Part shown: one piece after another, positions 36,263 through 45,046 of the stretch
How positions within the stretch are numbered: the stretch's first letter is position 1
Layout: the number at the start of each line of letters is the position of its first letter
Assembly (NCBI GenBank): GCA_035583355.1
Contig: DATEZQ010000003.1
Span: 1,844 to 65,843 of the forward strand
Direction: 5' to 3'
DNA from: Minisyncoccota bacterium
Lineage (GTDB): Bacteria; Patescibacteriota; Minisyncoccia; Phycocordibacterales; UBA6899
DNA length: 64,000 bases
Made by a program: the position numbers and the translations under genes
The notes under the pieces: generated by a model
Told to the model about the DNA's origin: nothing
The model's input: only the letters and a program-made list of their open reading frames with translations
Databases searched by the model: none

Positions 36263-36706
36263 TTACATCTGCGCAGGTACTCCCCCACCCATCTTCTTCC
36301 CCGCCTTAAGGCTTAGAATAAAGATGATCGTATAAAAGAGGAATCCAACTGAACACAATGGCAAACTATATACGAATGCCATGAATCCATCCGAGAAGAG
36401 AATCGGCAATTCTCCTGCAGTAAGATAGCCCGAGAATAATGCGCCAAAAAGTGAAAACCCTGTGACTGCCACCAACAGACCCTTCGTGAATCCATTCTTC
36501 ACTTGTGCCATGATCATGAGCACGGTGAGTACTGCATACACCAGGAAGCCAGTGTAACACGCAGGATAGCCAAGGAAGTATGGACACTGAGAACCAAAAG
36601 CGCATGTTGCGGTAAAGATCTTCACTCCCGAAAGATATCCCGAGAAAGCGAGACCTGCGAGAATAAAACCGAAAATTGTTTTAAACAATGTGGATGTTTT
36701 TTCCAT
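36263..36706 (-). CDS. Polytopic membrane protein with conserved Cys pairs, possibly VKOR/DoxX-like thiol-oxidoreductase; tentative
   Basis: About 4 TM helices, CAFGSQC and PACYTG Cys motifs in loop/TM boundaries. Start called at the internal Met MEKTSTL. Confidence 0.4.
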   Translation of the reverse strand: MEKTSTLFKTIFGFILAGLAFSGYLSGVKIFTATCAFGSQCPYFLGYPACYTGFLVYAVLTVLMIMAQVKNGFTKGLLVAVTGFSLFGALFSGYLTAGELPILFSDGFMAFVYSLPLCSVGFLFYTIIFILSLKAGKKMGGGVPAQM

Positions 36707-36748
36707 ATGATTTAGTGTTAACTTAACCATAAGTATAGCATACTTCAA

Positions 36749-37114
36749 TTAGATCATTTCCTTTAGGGTGTTCAAGGCGAGCATTGCACACTTTTCTCGC
36801 ATCGGACCAATATCTACATGAAGCAAAGCAAGCATATCCTCTCTAGTGAGCGACTTTATCTCTTCTTCGGTCATACCCCTCAGCTTATCGGAAAGCAGCG
36901 ATGCTGCGGCTTGAGAAATAGCGCAACCGTAACCATCGAAGCTTGCCTCTGAAACCTTTTTAATATTTCCCTCTTCCCACTTGATATACCATGTTAGATC
37001 ATCTCCGCAGGACACATTCTTTCCTCGGTGCATCAAATCTGCATCGTTCATCACTTGTTTGTGGTGCGGATGCTTATAATGTTCCAAAATATGTGCTTGA
37101 TAAAGTGAATCCAT
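36749..37114 (-). CDS. sufU: Fe-S cluster assembly scaffold protein SufU/IscU-like
   Basis: NVSCGDD and GCAISQAAAS motifs, about 120 aa, immediately downstream of sufS. Confidence 0.85.
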   Translation of the reverse strand: MDSLYQAHILEHYKHPHHKQVMNDADLMHRGKNVSCGDDLTWYIKWEEGNIKKVSEASFDGYGCAISQAAASLLSDKLRGMTEEEIKSLTREDMLALLHVDIGPMREKCAMLALNTLKEMI

Positions 37115-37120
37115 AGAATT

Positions 37121-38368
37121 TTAGTCAACAAACAGTTTACGCACTTCTTTTAACGCTTCCACTAATCCATCAATATCACTTTCGTTGTTGTAGAGATAGA
37201 AACTTACTCGTGTCGTCGCGGCAACACCAAGCTCCTCATGGTAAGGCAATGCACAATGATGTCCTGGGCGCACAGCAACACCATGTCGACCGAGAATTTC
37301 TGCAACATCATGAGGGTGTGCAAAATCACAAATGAATGCGACGTCGCCGATATTCAGTACATCATCATGCTCTGCAATCACATGGACTCCTTCTATCTGC
37401 AAAAGTCCCGTAATGGTTTTTGAGACAAGTCCCCCAACATGCTCGTGAATATGCTCAACTCCGATATGCATCAAATAATCGATAGCAGCACCGAGCGCAA
37501 TCACTCCTCCGATGTTTTTCGTTCCGGGTTCAAATCGATCAGGAATACCAGACCACTCAGCATCATTCTTGCTGACCTCCGCAATCATATGCCCTCCAAA
37601 AACCGCTGGCGATAGTGTTTCGAGAAGTTCTCGCTTTACCCAGAGCACCCCCACACCAGTTGGCCCCAAAATTTTGTGGCCTGAAAAGTAAAGCGCATCT
37701 GCTCCAAGAGCATGCACATTAACCGGAATATGCCCGATAGCAGCAGTCGCATCCACAATCATAAATGCTGCATGCGCATGGGCGATTGCTGCAATAGTAG
37801 AAATAGGATTTATCGTGCCTGTCACATTCGACGCGAGCATGACCGACACAATTGCAGTGTCATCAGTGATCAATTTCTCTGCCTCAGCAATATTCAATCG
37901 CACAGAGTCTTTCTGCAGTGCAACGTGCCCGAGCGAAAGTCCTCGACGCTTCACCAACTGCTGTAATGGTACGAGTGAGGCGTGATGTTCCATCACACTC
38001 GTCACTACAGTATTTTTTCCGTTTTCCCAAAATGCAGGCGTTTCATCAAGCATACGTATGAGCATGTTTGAAGATTCAGTCGCTCCGCCAGTAAAAATTA
38101 TCTCGTCTGGCTCCGCGCCGATAAATGCAGCAATTTTATTTCTTGCGTCCTCATAAAGTTCGGTTGCACGCGCTGCTTCAGGAAATATTGCTCGATGCGT
38201 ATTTGCGCGTGCATGGAGATAATAGTCATCCTGCGCATCAATCACCGCGCGTGGCGTAAGTGAAGTAGCCTGCGAATCGAGGTAGTGCGCACTTCCACTT
38301 GCGAGTTGCGGAAAATCTTTGCGAATGCCAATAAGATCGTATGTCATGAATCGAGTATACGTCCGCAT
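37121..38368 (-). CDS. sufS: Cysteine desulfurase (SufS/class V aminotransferase)
   Basis: PLP-lysine region SGHKILGPTGVGVLWV, catalytic Cys region HHCALP, about 410 aa. Confidence 0.9.
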   Translation of the reverse strand: MRTYTRFMTYDLIGIRKDFPQLASGSAHYLDSQATSLTPRAVIDAQDDYYLHARANTHRAIFPEAARATELYEDARNKIAAFIGAEPDEIIFTGGATESSNMLIRMLDETPAFWENGKNTVVTSVMEHHASLVPLQQLVKRRGLSLGHVALQKDSVRLNIAEAEKLITDDTAIVSVMLASNVTGTINPISTIAAIAHAHAAFMIVDATAAIGHIPVNVHALGADALYFSGHKILGPTGVGVLWVKRELLETLSPAVFGGHMIAEVSKNDAEWSGIPDRFEPGTKNIGGVIALGAAIDYLMHIGVEHIHEHVGGLVSKTITGLLQIEGVHVIAEHDDVLNIGDVAFICDFAHPHDVAEILGRHGVAVRPGHHCALPYHEELGVAATTRVSFYLYNNESDIDGLVEALKEVRKLFVD

Positions 38369-38409
38369 AAAAAAGTTGCAAACAAAAAGCCCCCAAGCGG
38401 GGGCTTTGC

Positions 38410-38835
38410 TTACTGCTGAAGATATTCCACGGGGAAGAGAAAGCCTCCAAAGGTGAGCGCGATCTCGAGCTCCTTGAGCTTCGGATTGAACAGGAGGGAG
38501 AATTCCTCATTGAGCGACGCGATATCGTCGGCAGTGAAATACTCCGTTGGCTCCAGGCCGTCTTGCCCCACCAACACGAGGTCGACGGAGACCTTCCGCT
38601 CAGGGATGTTGAAGGTCAAGCAGACCGTGTTCAGGTTTGGCGTGAAATACTTCTTCGCGAAGAACTTGCCGAGCGCGACGACGAACACCGGCATGATGAG
38701 CTCGATGATCTTGTGCGTCTCATCGCGCAAAATCCCTTTGTTCCGATCCAGCGCCTGCTGCGCACGCTCCACGCTCTTCTCCGCGGCACGCACCATCGCT
38801 TCGGCAAGAACGAGCTGCTCGATGTTGTGCATCAT
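38410..38835 (-). CDS. Hypothetical protein in a GC-rich patch
   Basis: ORF with a good Shine-Dalgarno (ggagg) 5 nt upstream of the ATG at 38835; the track ORF extends to 38949 but the upstream part lacks an RBS. Confidence 0.45.
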   Translation of the reverse strand: MMHNIEQLVLAEAMVRAAEKSVERAQQALDRNKGILRDETHKIIELIMPVFVVALGKFFAKKYFTPNLNTVCLTFNIPERKVSVDLVLVGQDGLEPTEYFTADDIASLNEEFSLLFNPKLKELEIALTFGGFLFPVEYLQQ

Positions 38836-38904
38836 AAAACCTCCTGGGTTTTCCTGACTTAGAACTACCACACATATTTGCACCTGTAAACCCCTCCCCG
38901 TATT

Positions 38905-39110
38905 TACGCATTTCACCCACTCCACACCATGAAACGGCGAGGATTTCACTTGTGTACCTTAATGGAACGGCGAGAGATTTTTCGCAAGGTTGGCATGTCG
39001 GAGCGAGGACCGCAGTGAGACGTATCGGGCATACGATGAACGCGGACCAGAGCGAGACATGCCAAGATTGCGGAAAATATCCCCCGCTACTACTATGCCC
39101 ACAAGAAACA
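38905..39110. repeat. Dispersed intergenic repeat (copy 2 of the 10530-10680 family)
   Basis: ttacgcatttcacccactccacaccatgaaacggcgaggattt plus downstream degenerate similarity (tacgatg...cgcgg...agagcga) to the 10530-10680 copy. Confidence 0.45.
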
Positions 39111-39117
39111 GCAGAAT

Positions 39118-39163
39118 AAAAAAATAAATCCCATAAGGGATTTATTTTTTTATTCTGCTGTTT
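39118..39163. terminator. Long perfect palindrome / bidirectional terminator downstream of rplS
   Basis: gaaacagcagaataaaaaaataaatccc-ataa-gggatttatttttttattctgctgtttc. Confidence 0.6.
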
Positions 39164-39563
39164 CGAAGTCTGTAGATGAACCTCCACCAATAATTGTCTG
39201 CTTCATCTTACGACGCACATCACGCACTGCCTTCTCACGTACGTAGTAAAGCTTTGCGCGACGCACTGTTGAGCGCTTCACGAGCTCAATCTCGTTGATT
39301 GATGGTGAGAAGAGTGGGAACACGCGCTCTACACCAACACCAGATGCGACACGGCGCACAGTGAATGATGCACCTGCAGTATTGCCGTGCTTCGTTGAGA
39401 GCACAAGACCCTCAAATGCCTGCAAACGGTACTTCTGCTTTGCCTTATCTTCAAGGACCTTCACCCAAACACGTACCGTATCACCGGCAGTAAGTTCGAG
39501 CTTCTTGCGAGACTCCATGTTGACTGGGGTCGTTGTAATTTTGCTGATCAATTCCGTATTCAT
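39150..39563 (-). CDS. rplS: 50S ribosomal protein L19
   Basis: [29 protein letters not shown] signature. Confidence 0.9.
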   Translation of the reverse strand: MNTELISKITTTPVNMESRKKLELTAGDTVRVWVKVLEDKAKQKYRLQAFEGLVLSTKHGNTAGASFTVRRVASGVGVERVFPLFSPSINEIELVKRSTVRRAKLYYVREKAVRDVRRKMKQTIIGGGSSTDFETAE

Positions 39564-39699
39564 AGTGGAGTCAATCTATCACAAATGCTGTTTTTTGGCA
39601 AGCCCCATAAGGGTTTATTACTTACAGATGCACAGTACCTTGCATGACATAGTACCATATGCTATACTGGTTTAAGCATTGTAAACATATTTATTACCT

Positions 39700-40020
39700 A
39701 TGGACCAAGAAGCAAAAGCACAATTACGCAAAGGCCTGCTTGAGTATTGCATTCTCCTTGCGGTCGGAAACGGAAAAGCATACGCAAGCGATATCATCGA
39801 GGCGCTCAAGGTAGCAGACCTCATCATCGTTGAGGGAACACTCTATCCCCTACTTACACGCATGAAGAATAATAGTCTGCTTGAGTATAGTTGGCAGGAA
39901 TCACCGAGCGGCCCACCGCGCAAGTACTATGCACTTACCCCCTCAGGCAAAGCCCTACGCGGACGGCTCGACAAGACCTGGGACGATCTCATTACTTCCG
40001 TTTCATTACTCCGCCGTTAA
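39700..40020 (+). CDS. PadR-family transcriptional regulator
   Basis: LLEYCILLAV...EGTLYPLLTRMKNNSLLE winged-helix PadR motif, 106 aa. Confidence 0.85.
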   Translation: MDQEAKAQLRKGLLEYCILLAVGNGKAYASDIIEALKVADLIIVEGTLYPLLTRMKNNSLLEYSWQESPSGPPRKYYALTPSGKALRGRLDKTWDDLITSVSLLRR

Positions 40021-40029
40021 TTCATTACC

Positions 40030-41196
40030 ATGGAAAAGATAACTCAAATCTCAATTAATTCCGTACTCTTTGCTCTCGAGGAGAGCGCATATAATAAACT
40101 CTCTTTCTATCTCGAAGAAATTCGTTCTGCATTTGCAGATGAGACGGGTGGGCAAGAGATACTCAAAGATATCGAGGCGCGCATCGCAGAACACCTCAAG
40201 AATCGCAGTGAAGCGGTTATATCTATAAAGGCAGTTGACGAAGTCATTGCCACCATGGGTACAGTAGCGGAGCTTACCGGACAGACGGAGACAAGTACGT
40301 CAAAGGCAAAGAAGGTTACATCAGCATCTGCTCAAGCAGAGCGACGACTCTATCGTGATGAAGATAGGGCGATTCTCGGTGGCGTCTGTGCAGGAATTGC
40401 TGCCTATCTTGAAGTAGATCCAACATGGGTACGCATCGCATTTGTCATACTCATGTTCTTTGGTTTTGGACTCATCATACCGATATACATTATTCTTTGG
40501 CTTATTGTTCCTCCCGCCTCAACTACTGCAGAGAAATTAGAAATGCACGGCAACCCCGTTACCCTGCACACTATTGTCGACACGGTCAGGGAGCGCGCCC
40601 ACGATCTCTATGGAGAAAAGTCAGCAAAAGATGGTACAGCGAAAGAGACAACGCACAAGGAAGACAAGGGAGAACATATCAGAATGCGCATCCATACTGT
40701 CGCCGCACGAATCGCGCAGGTATGTGGCACAAGCATCCGCATGATAGTCGGCATAGTGCTCTCACTGATCGGCCTCGGAATGATCATCGGATCAGCTGCT
40801 GGCACTACCGCACTACTCTCAGTGGACAAAGCAAAGGAAGTCGGCGATTTCATTGCATATGCAAACGCTGCCCCATTTCTCAATATCGCAATCGCTGCAC
40901 TCGCACTACTCATTGCAATACCAGGACTCTTCATTCTTTTTGGAGGGATAAATGTACTTCGAAGGAAGGCGGTCGTGCAAATTCGCTACGGCCTCGCAAT
41001 CTTTGGTATCTGGATGCTTGCACTAACCGTTATTGTCATACTTGGTACTCATTTTGGAATTCGCTATGCTGAATTCGCTGGAAAGTCACGCAATAATGTT
41101 CAAGTCACGATATCCCAAGGGACACTTGTGCCTCCTCCAGCTCCTCTTCCACCAAGTGGAGATGCTGGGGAAATCACTATTGCTCCTGCATTGTAA
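40030..41196 (+). CDS. PspC-domain membrane protein (stress-responsive, PadR-associated)
   Basis: LYRDEDRAILGGVCAGIAAYLEVDPTWVRIAFVIL PspC domain, then several TM helices and a Pro-rich C-terminus; directly downstream of padR. Confidence 0.75.
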   Translation: MEKITQISINSVLFALEESAYNKLSFYLEEIRSAFADETGGQEILKDIEARIAEHLKNRSEAVISIKAVDEVIATMGTVAELTGQTETSTSKAKKVTSASAQAERRLYRDEDRAILGGVCAGIAAYLEVDPTWVRIAFVILMFFGFGLIIPIYIILWLIVPPASTTAEKLEMHGNPVTLHTIVDTVRERAHDLYGEKSAKDGTAKETTHKEDKGEHIRMRIHTVAARIAQVCGTSIRMIVGIVLSLIGLGMIIGSAAGTTALLSVDKAKEVGDFIAYANAAPFLNIAIAALALLIAIPGLFILFGGINVLRRKAVVQIRYGLAIFGIWMLALTVIVILGTHFGIRYAEFAGKSRNNVQVTISQGTLVPPPAPLPPSGDAGEITIAPAL

Positions 41197-41224
41197 TGTA
41201 ATAAAAACATCCCTAGGGATGTTT

Positions 41225-41962
41225 TTATATTGCTATATCAAGCACTTGAAGCGCATTCACAAAATCAAGAGGGAGCGGTGCGACAAACTCCATTAGGGCA
41301 TTCTTTGTGGGATGCCTAACCGCAAGTCGCTCTGCGTGCAATGCAAGATGCTCCATTCCAAGAGCTGCAGCCGTCCCATAACGGGAATCTGCAATAATAG
41401 GAAATCCTTCTGCTTTTGCATGTACACGAAGCTGGTGCGTACGGCCAGTCTTTGGAGCAAATCGTACTAGACTATATGTCTTTCCTTCAGCGACACCAAC
41501 TCCAATCAGTGAATAATCTGTATGCGCGGATCGTAATGTTCCTCGCGCAAATGGCGGCACCGTCCACTCTCGATAGTCCGTACGGTTACGACCAATTGGA
41601 TGTACTATGCTACCAGTCTTTTCCTTAGGAGCGCCCTCGCAGATTGCGAGATATTGTTTTGTCACCTCTCGCGCAATGAATTGCTGCTGGAGAGGCCAAA
41701 ATGCGGCATCTGTTTTTGCAATGAGCACCACACCACTCGTCTCCCTATCAAGGCGGTGCACGATGCCTGCGCGAGGTGCATAGCGACCACTATCGAGGGT
41801 ATGGAGGCCTCCAATGTCAGTATTCCCCGGATAGCGCGCAAGCACCCAATCAGTGAGCGAGGGCTCCTCGGTGCGACCATCACTATGCACTACAAGACCC
41901 GCAGGCTTATTGACTGCGAGCAATGCGTCATCTTCATAGATTATTTCCACAGAGGGAATCAT
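41225..41962 (-). CDS. RluA-family pseudouridine synthase
   Basis: VNKPAGLVVH, HRLDRETSGVVL catalytic Asp motif, GRTHQLRVH. Confidence 0.9.
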   Translation of the reverse strand: MIPSVEIIYEDDALLAVNKPAGLVVHSDGRTEEPSLTDWVLARYPGNTDIGGLHTLDSGRYAPRAGIVHRLDRETSGVVLIAKTDAAFWPLQQQFIAREVTKQYLAICEGAPKEKTGSIVHPIGRNRTDYREWTVPPFARGTLRSAHTDYSLIGVGVAEGKTYSLVRFAPKTGRTHQLRVHAKAEGFPIIADSRYGTAAALGMEHLALHAERLAVRHPTKNALMEFVAPLPLDFVNALQVLDIAI

Positions 41963-42065
41963 GGAGATACTATAGCGTAGAATACGGAATAGGAAAAGAA
42001 AAGCGCCTCAGCGCTATTCTTTTCCTAAAATCACGCAAATTACGTGCACACGTTTCGATACTAAT

Positions 42066-42230
42066 ACATACTCGAAAGGTTTTCCTTAATCTTCTCGAGT
42101 CTTTTCTCTTCTAATTTTTTTCTAAAAAGCTCGATGAGGGTATCACGTTCATTCCCCAAGGTACCAAGATTTACCTCCAGCAATGCAACGATTTGATTTA
42201 CTTCTTTTTCTAATTCTTCGTTACTCATAC
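42066..42230 (-). CDS. Small coiled-coil ORF (54 aa) immediately downstream of the 690 aa hypothetical gene; below the track length cutoff
   Basis: Manual translation MSNEELEKEVNQIVALLEVNLGTLGNERDTLIELFRKKLEEKRLEKIKENLSSMY; the ATG is 8 nt after the stop of the upstream gene on the same strand. Confidence 0.3.
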
Positions 42231-42237
42231 TCGTTTA

Positions 42238-44310
42238 TTAGACATACTCTGGGTAAACCTCAGCGTAATTTGGCAAATCGAGTATCTTTATCGCGGAGGA
42301 GGGTATGTTTTTACCCACCTGAACGTCAACTCCTCCCCCAGAACCCTTTAACATAGATATGGCACTGCTAAGATTGAATGCTTCAGGTGCCTCACCAAGC
42401 ATTTTTGCATAATCTTCAAATGTTCCTGTTTCCTTATATTGCTCAATGAAACTTCTTTCAATGACTGCAACATTGAGAGTGCTATTATTTCCTGCGAACT
42501 TTTCCCAGTATTTCTCAAAAAAATTGAGAATCTGCATTTTCTCACCTTCGCTAATGTTTGGATGCCGCCTCCCCTCCTTGATATCTGCATCTGATGCAGA
42601 CATCATATCATTACAAAGATTTTCAACGTTCTCACGTGCCACAGCATAATCTCGCAAATAATATGCCTTCTTTCTATTTCCTTCATTTGGGACATGGAAA
42701 CCACCGGAAACAAATTGACTAAACCATTCAGGGGAACCGGCGGCATACTGCAATACATCACGTGGAGTAGAAGCAACAGAAGTTTTACTTTCTGAATTTA
42801 TCCCAGCCCAACCAAGCAACATATTGTGCCCCGCCTTGCGACCGATAGTAGCAATCTTATTGAGGTCTTCCCAGTCCCATGCGCGCTTATTTATTGCGAT
42901 ACCGTCCTCCGCAATACTTTCCTTAAATGCACCATTAAATGCATGGAAATAATACCCCTCATTCACATAATGATCTCTAAAAAAATTAAAAACTTTCGAC
43001 TTTCCTTCCAATGAACCCACGTCGTTGATGTTTAATTTCTCGGCAATCTTTTTTATGAGAATTTCATTTACCCGTGCATCTTCCATTGCACTAGATAACC
43101 CTTCACCTTTTAATCCAAGTGATTTCACGTCTTCAATGAATCCTTGGGCTCCTGCAGGGTCCTTAAATAAGGTCATATATTCGAGCGTGTAGCCAACCAC
43201 TCTTCCCCTCACCGTTGGACCAAATTCACTGAGACTTGAGGTAAACTCATTCGATTTAAGGAACTTCGAGATTTCTGGCCATTCCACCGACTTCTGCTTC
43301 TCCTGCGTCACTGAAGCATCAGGAACATTCCTTTCTTCACTGTTTTTCAGGTGATTACTTTCGCTATGCTGCCCACTGGCCGTGTCGACTCCTTCCGCAC
43401 TTTCACGTACTCTATCTCCACCATCTTTTGGAGTAGCCCCATCACTCTTACTGCCTTCATTTTCTTGCACTGATTCCACTTGAGGAATATGAACAACCGT
43501 TCGTTCCATCTCATCAATCGGAGCGACGAAAGATGACTCTACTGAGGTTCTCAAGTCTGGATTCGAAGAGTAAAATTCTTCACTAGGAATATCTTTAAGA
43601 AGAGTCTCCCCAGTTATAGGGTCAACTTTTGTAACAACCACATACCCTTCTGGTGCGTTCTCTTTAATGCTCCAGTCTGACTCAATATCTCCATTTGTCC
43701 TTATGACTTTGATAGACGAAGAATTACCCTCGAGTGGACCCGAGGAAGTCTCTTGCTTAATCAAATTCTCCACCACCCCACGAAGGCCTCCTGCGCTTGT
43801 AACATAATCAATTTTTGTAGGATCTTCTCGAACCATTGTTATTATTCCCCTCAGTTCTTCCGAGGAATACGATTTTTGAGAACCTTGGATTCCACCCACT
43901 TCATCCAACTCCCTATACAGATCCTGAAAGTTTTTTGCAGAAGAAAGTTTACTTGAGAGTTGGTTTCTAAATTTCGCATACATGCGCTCTACAGAATCGG
44001 CAATGCTCTTTTTCGCATCCGCAACCAAACCCTCGGCAGTCTTATCTATTTCCTGCAATCGAGCACTTGTACCGAGCTCTGAGTTTATCGCACCTACTTC
44101 GTCAGGCTGAAGTCCACTTGTCTCGATGATATGCGTCATCGAAGCAGTGCTAACGGAATGAAAATCTGCTTCCTTCTGAGTGAGAATATGTAATGCGTGC
44201 TCGCCTATTTCCTCAGGCGAACTCTCGCTTTCTATTTTTTTATCAATAGATTCTATTCGCTGATGATGTGATTCGTGCTGCTCGGCATGGGCTTCGTTAG
44301 ACATAATCAA
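42238..44310 (-). CDS. Large hypothetical protein (690 aa) in an AT-rich tract
   Basis: Long ORF with no signal peptide and an acidic, Ser-rich N-terminal half; the C-terminal ~350 aa are globular with no motif I recognise. Local GC is visibly lower than neighbouring housekeeping genes. Confidence 0.5.
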   Translation of the reverse strand: MIMSNEAHAEQHESHHQRIESIDKKIESESSPEEIGEHALHILTQKEADFHSVSTASMTHIIETSGLQPDEVGAINSELGTSARLQEIDKTAEGLVADAKKSIADSVERMYAKFRNQLSSKLSSAKNFQDLYRELDEVGGIQGSQKSYSSEELRGIITMVREDPTKIDYVTSAGGLRGVVENLIKQETSSGPLEGNSSSIKVIRTNGDIESDWSIKENAPEGYVVVTKVDPITGETLLKDIPSEEFYSSNPDLRTSVESSFVAPIDEMERTVVHIPQVESVQENEGSKSDGATPKDGGDRVRESAEGVDTASGQHSESNHLKNSEERNVPDASVTQEKQKSVEWPEISKFLKSNEFTSSLSEFGPTVRGRVVGYTLEYMTLFKDPAGAQGFIEDVKSLGLKGEGLSSAMEDARVNEILIKKIAEKLNINDVGSLEGKSKVFNFFRDHYVNEGYYFHAFNGAFKESIAEDGIAINKRAWDWEDLNKIATIGRKAGHNMLLGWAGINSESKTSVASTPRDVLQYAAGSPEWFSQFVSGGFHVPNEGNRKKAYYLRDYAVARENVENLCNDMMSASDADIKEGRRHPNISEGEKMQILNFFEKYWEKFAGNNSTLNVAVIERSFIEQYKETGTFEDYAKMLGEAPEAFNLSSAISMLKGSGGGVDVQVGKNIPSSAIKILDLPNYAEVYPEYV

Positions 44311-44412
44311 ATTATACGGGCACTTATGCGCATTGCAACTGGTTCAAATACAAACAATTGTACTCGCGGAGTTTGGGTTTAAAAGAAAAGAGCATTTGTG
44401 TGCTCCTTCCTT

Positions 44413-44753
44413 AGATTGTCTCTCCGCTAGGTAATCGAAAGAACTTTTCTCGCGCACCCCAGAGGAATATAGGGCCCTTGCTAGGATATCTCACGTCGCC
44501 TGGCTCGCGCACCCTACAGGGTCCCGCACGGCCAGGCTCGTCTATTTCATTACATGAACGGTACACCTTTTGGATCTTTTGTTTCAATGACTCACAAAAG
44601 TTCTCAAAAGGTCTTGCGCTCTCGCTCCCATATGAATGGGACCCATGAGCGAGAGCTCACCCACGGTTCTCGACGCTCGAAGACTCACTGCTCTCCTCCG
44701 CAGGAGAGGTGCCCCTCTCCTGACACCTCTCCGTTCGATTCTTAGCAGAGGGA
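44413..44753 (-). repeat. tRNA-associated structured element, Family 2, downstream of tRNA-Arg(TCT) (copy E4)
   Basis: Near-perfect inverted copy of the tRNA 3' end (ccgttcgattcttagcagaggga, 44731-44753); core motifs ggagagcag, cgtcgagaaccgtgggt and gtgcgcgag shared with the Ser and Arg(GCG) copies; terminal direct copy ctccgctaggtaatcgaaag (44413-44432). Confidence 0.6.
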
Positions 44754-44754
44754 A

Positions 44755-44787
44755 AGAAAAAGCGCCAAGGCGCTTTTTCTTTAATGG
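44755..44787. terminator. Terminator hairpin for tRNA-Arg(TCT)
   Basis: aaaaagcgcc-aag-gcgcttttt. Confidence 0.6.
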
Positions 44788-44859
44788 TCCCTCTGCTAAG
44801 AATCGAACTTAGATCTAGAACTTAGAAGGTTCTTGTTCTATCCATTGAACTACAGAGAG
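44788..44859 (-). tRNA. tRNA-Arg (anticodon TCT)
   Basis: Acceptor CTCTCTG/CAGAGGG (C1:G72), D-arm GTTC-AATGGATA-GAAC, anticodon stem AGAAC/GTTCT, loop CTTCTAA, T-arm CTAAG-TTCGATT-CTTAG, discriminator A. Confidence 0.8.
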
Positions 44860-44929
44860 TTTATATTGTTCGCCCAGCATAACCCAATTTGCTTTTTTTC
44901 GCAAAATGGGTTAGATTGTCATAACAAAT

Positions 44930-45002
44930 GCGCCTTTAGCTCAGTTGGTAGAGCAATTCGTTTACACCGAAAAGGTCGGGGGTTCAAGTCCCTCAAGGCG
45001 CA
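44930..45002 (+). tRNA. tRNA-Val (anticodon TAC)
   Basis: Acceptor GCGCCTT/AAGGCGC, D-arm GCTC-AGTTGGTA-GAGC, anticodon stem ATTCG/CGAAA (A27:A43 mismatch), loop TTTACAC, T-arm GGGGG-TTCAAGT-CCCTC, discriminator A; divergent from tRNA-Arg(TCT). Confidence 0.85.
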
Positions 45003-45003
45003 C

Positions 45004-45046
45004 AAAAAGACCACCCCAAAGCAAACGCTTTGGGGTGGTTTCTTTT
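45004..45046 (+). terminator. Terminator hairpin for tRNA-Val
   Basis: aaaaagaccaccccaaagc-aaac-gctttggggtggtttcttttt. Confidence 0.65.

Noticed and set aside
40425-41072. 215 aa alternative-frame ORF inside the PspC-domain gene
   Set aside because: The annotated frame carries a canonical PspC domain and TM helices. The alternative frame is His/Arg/Cys-rich nonsense.
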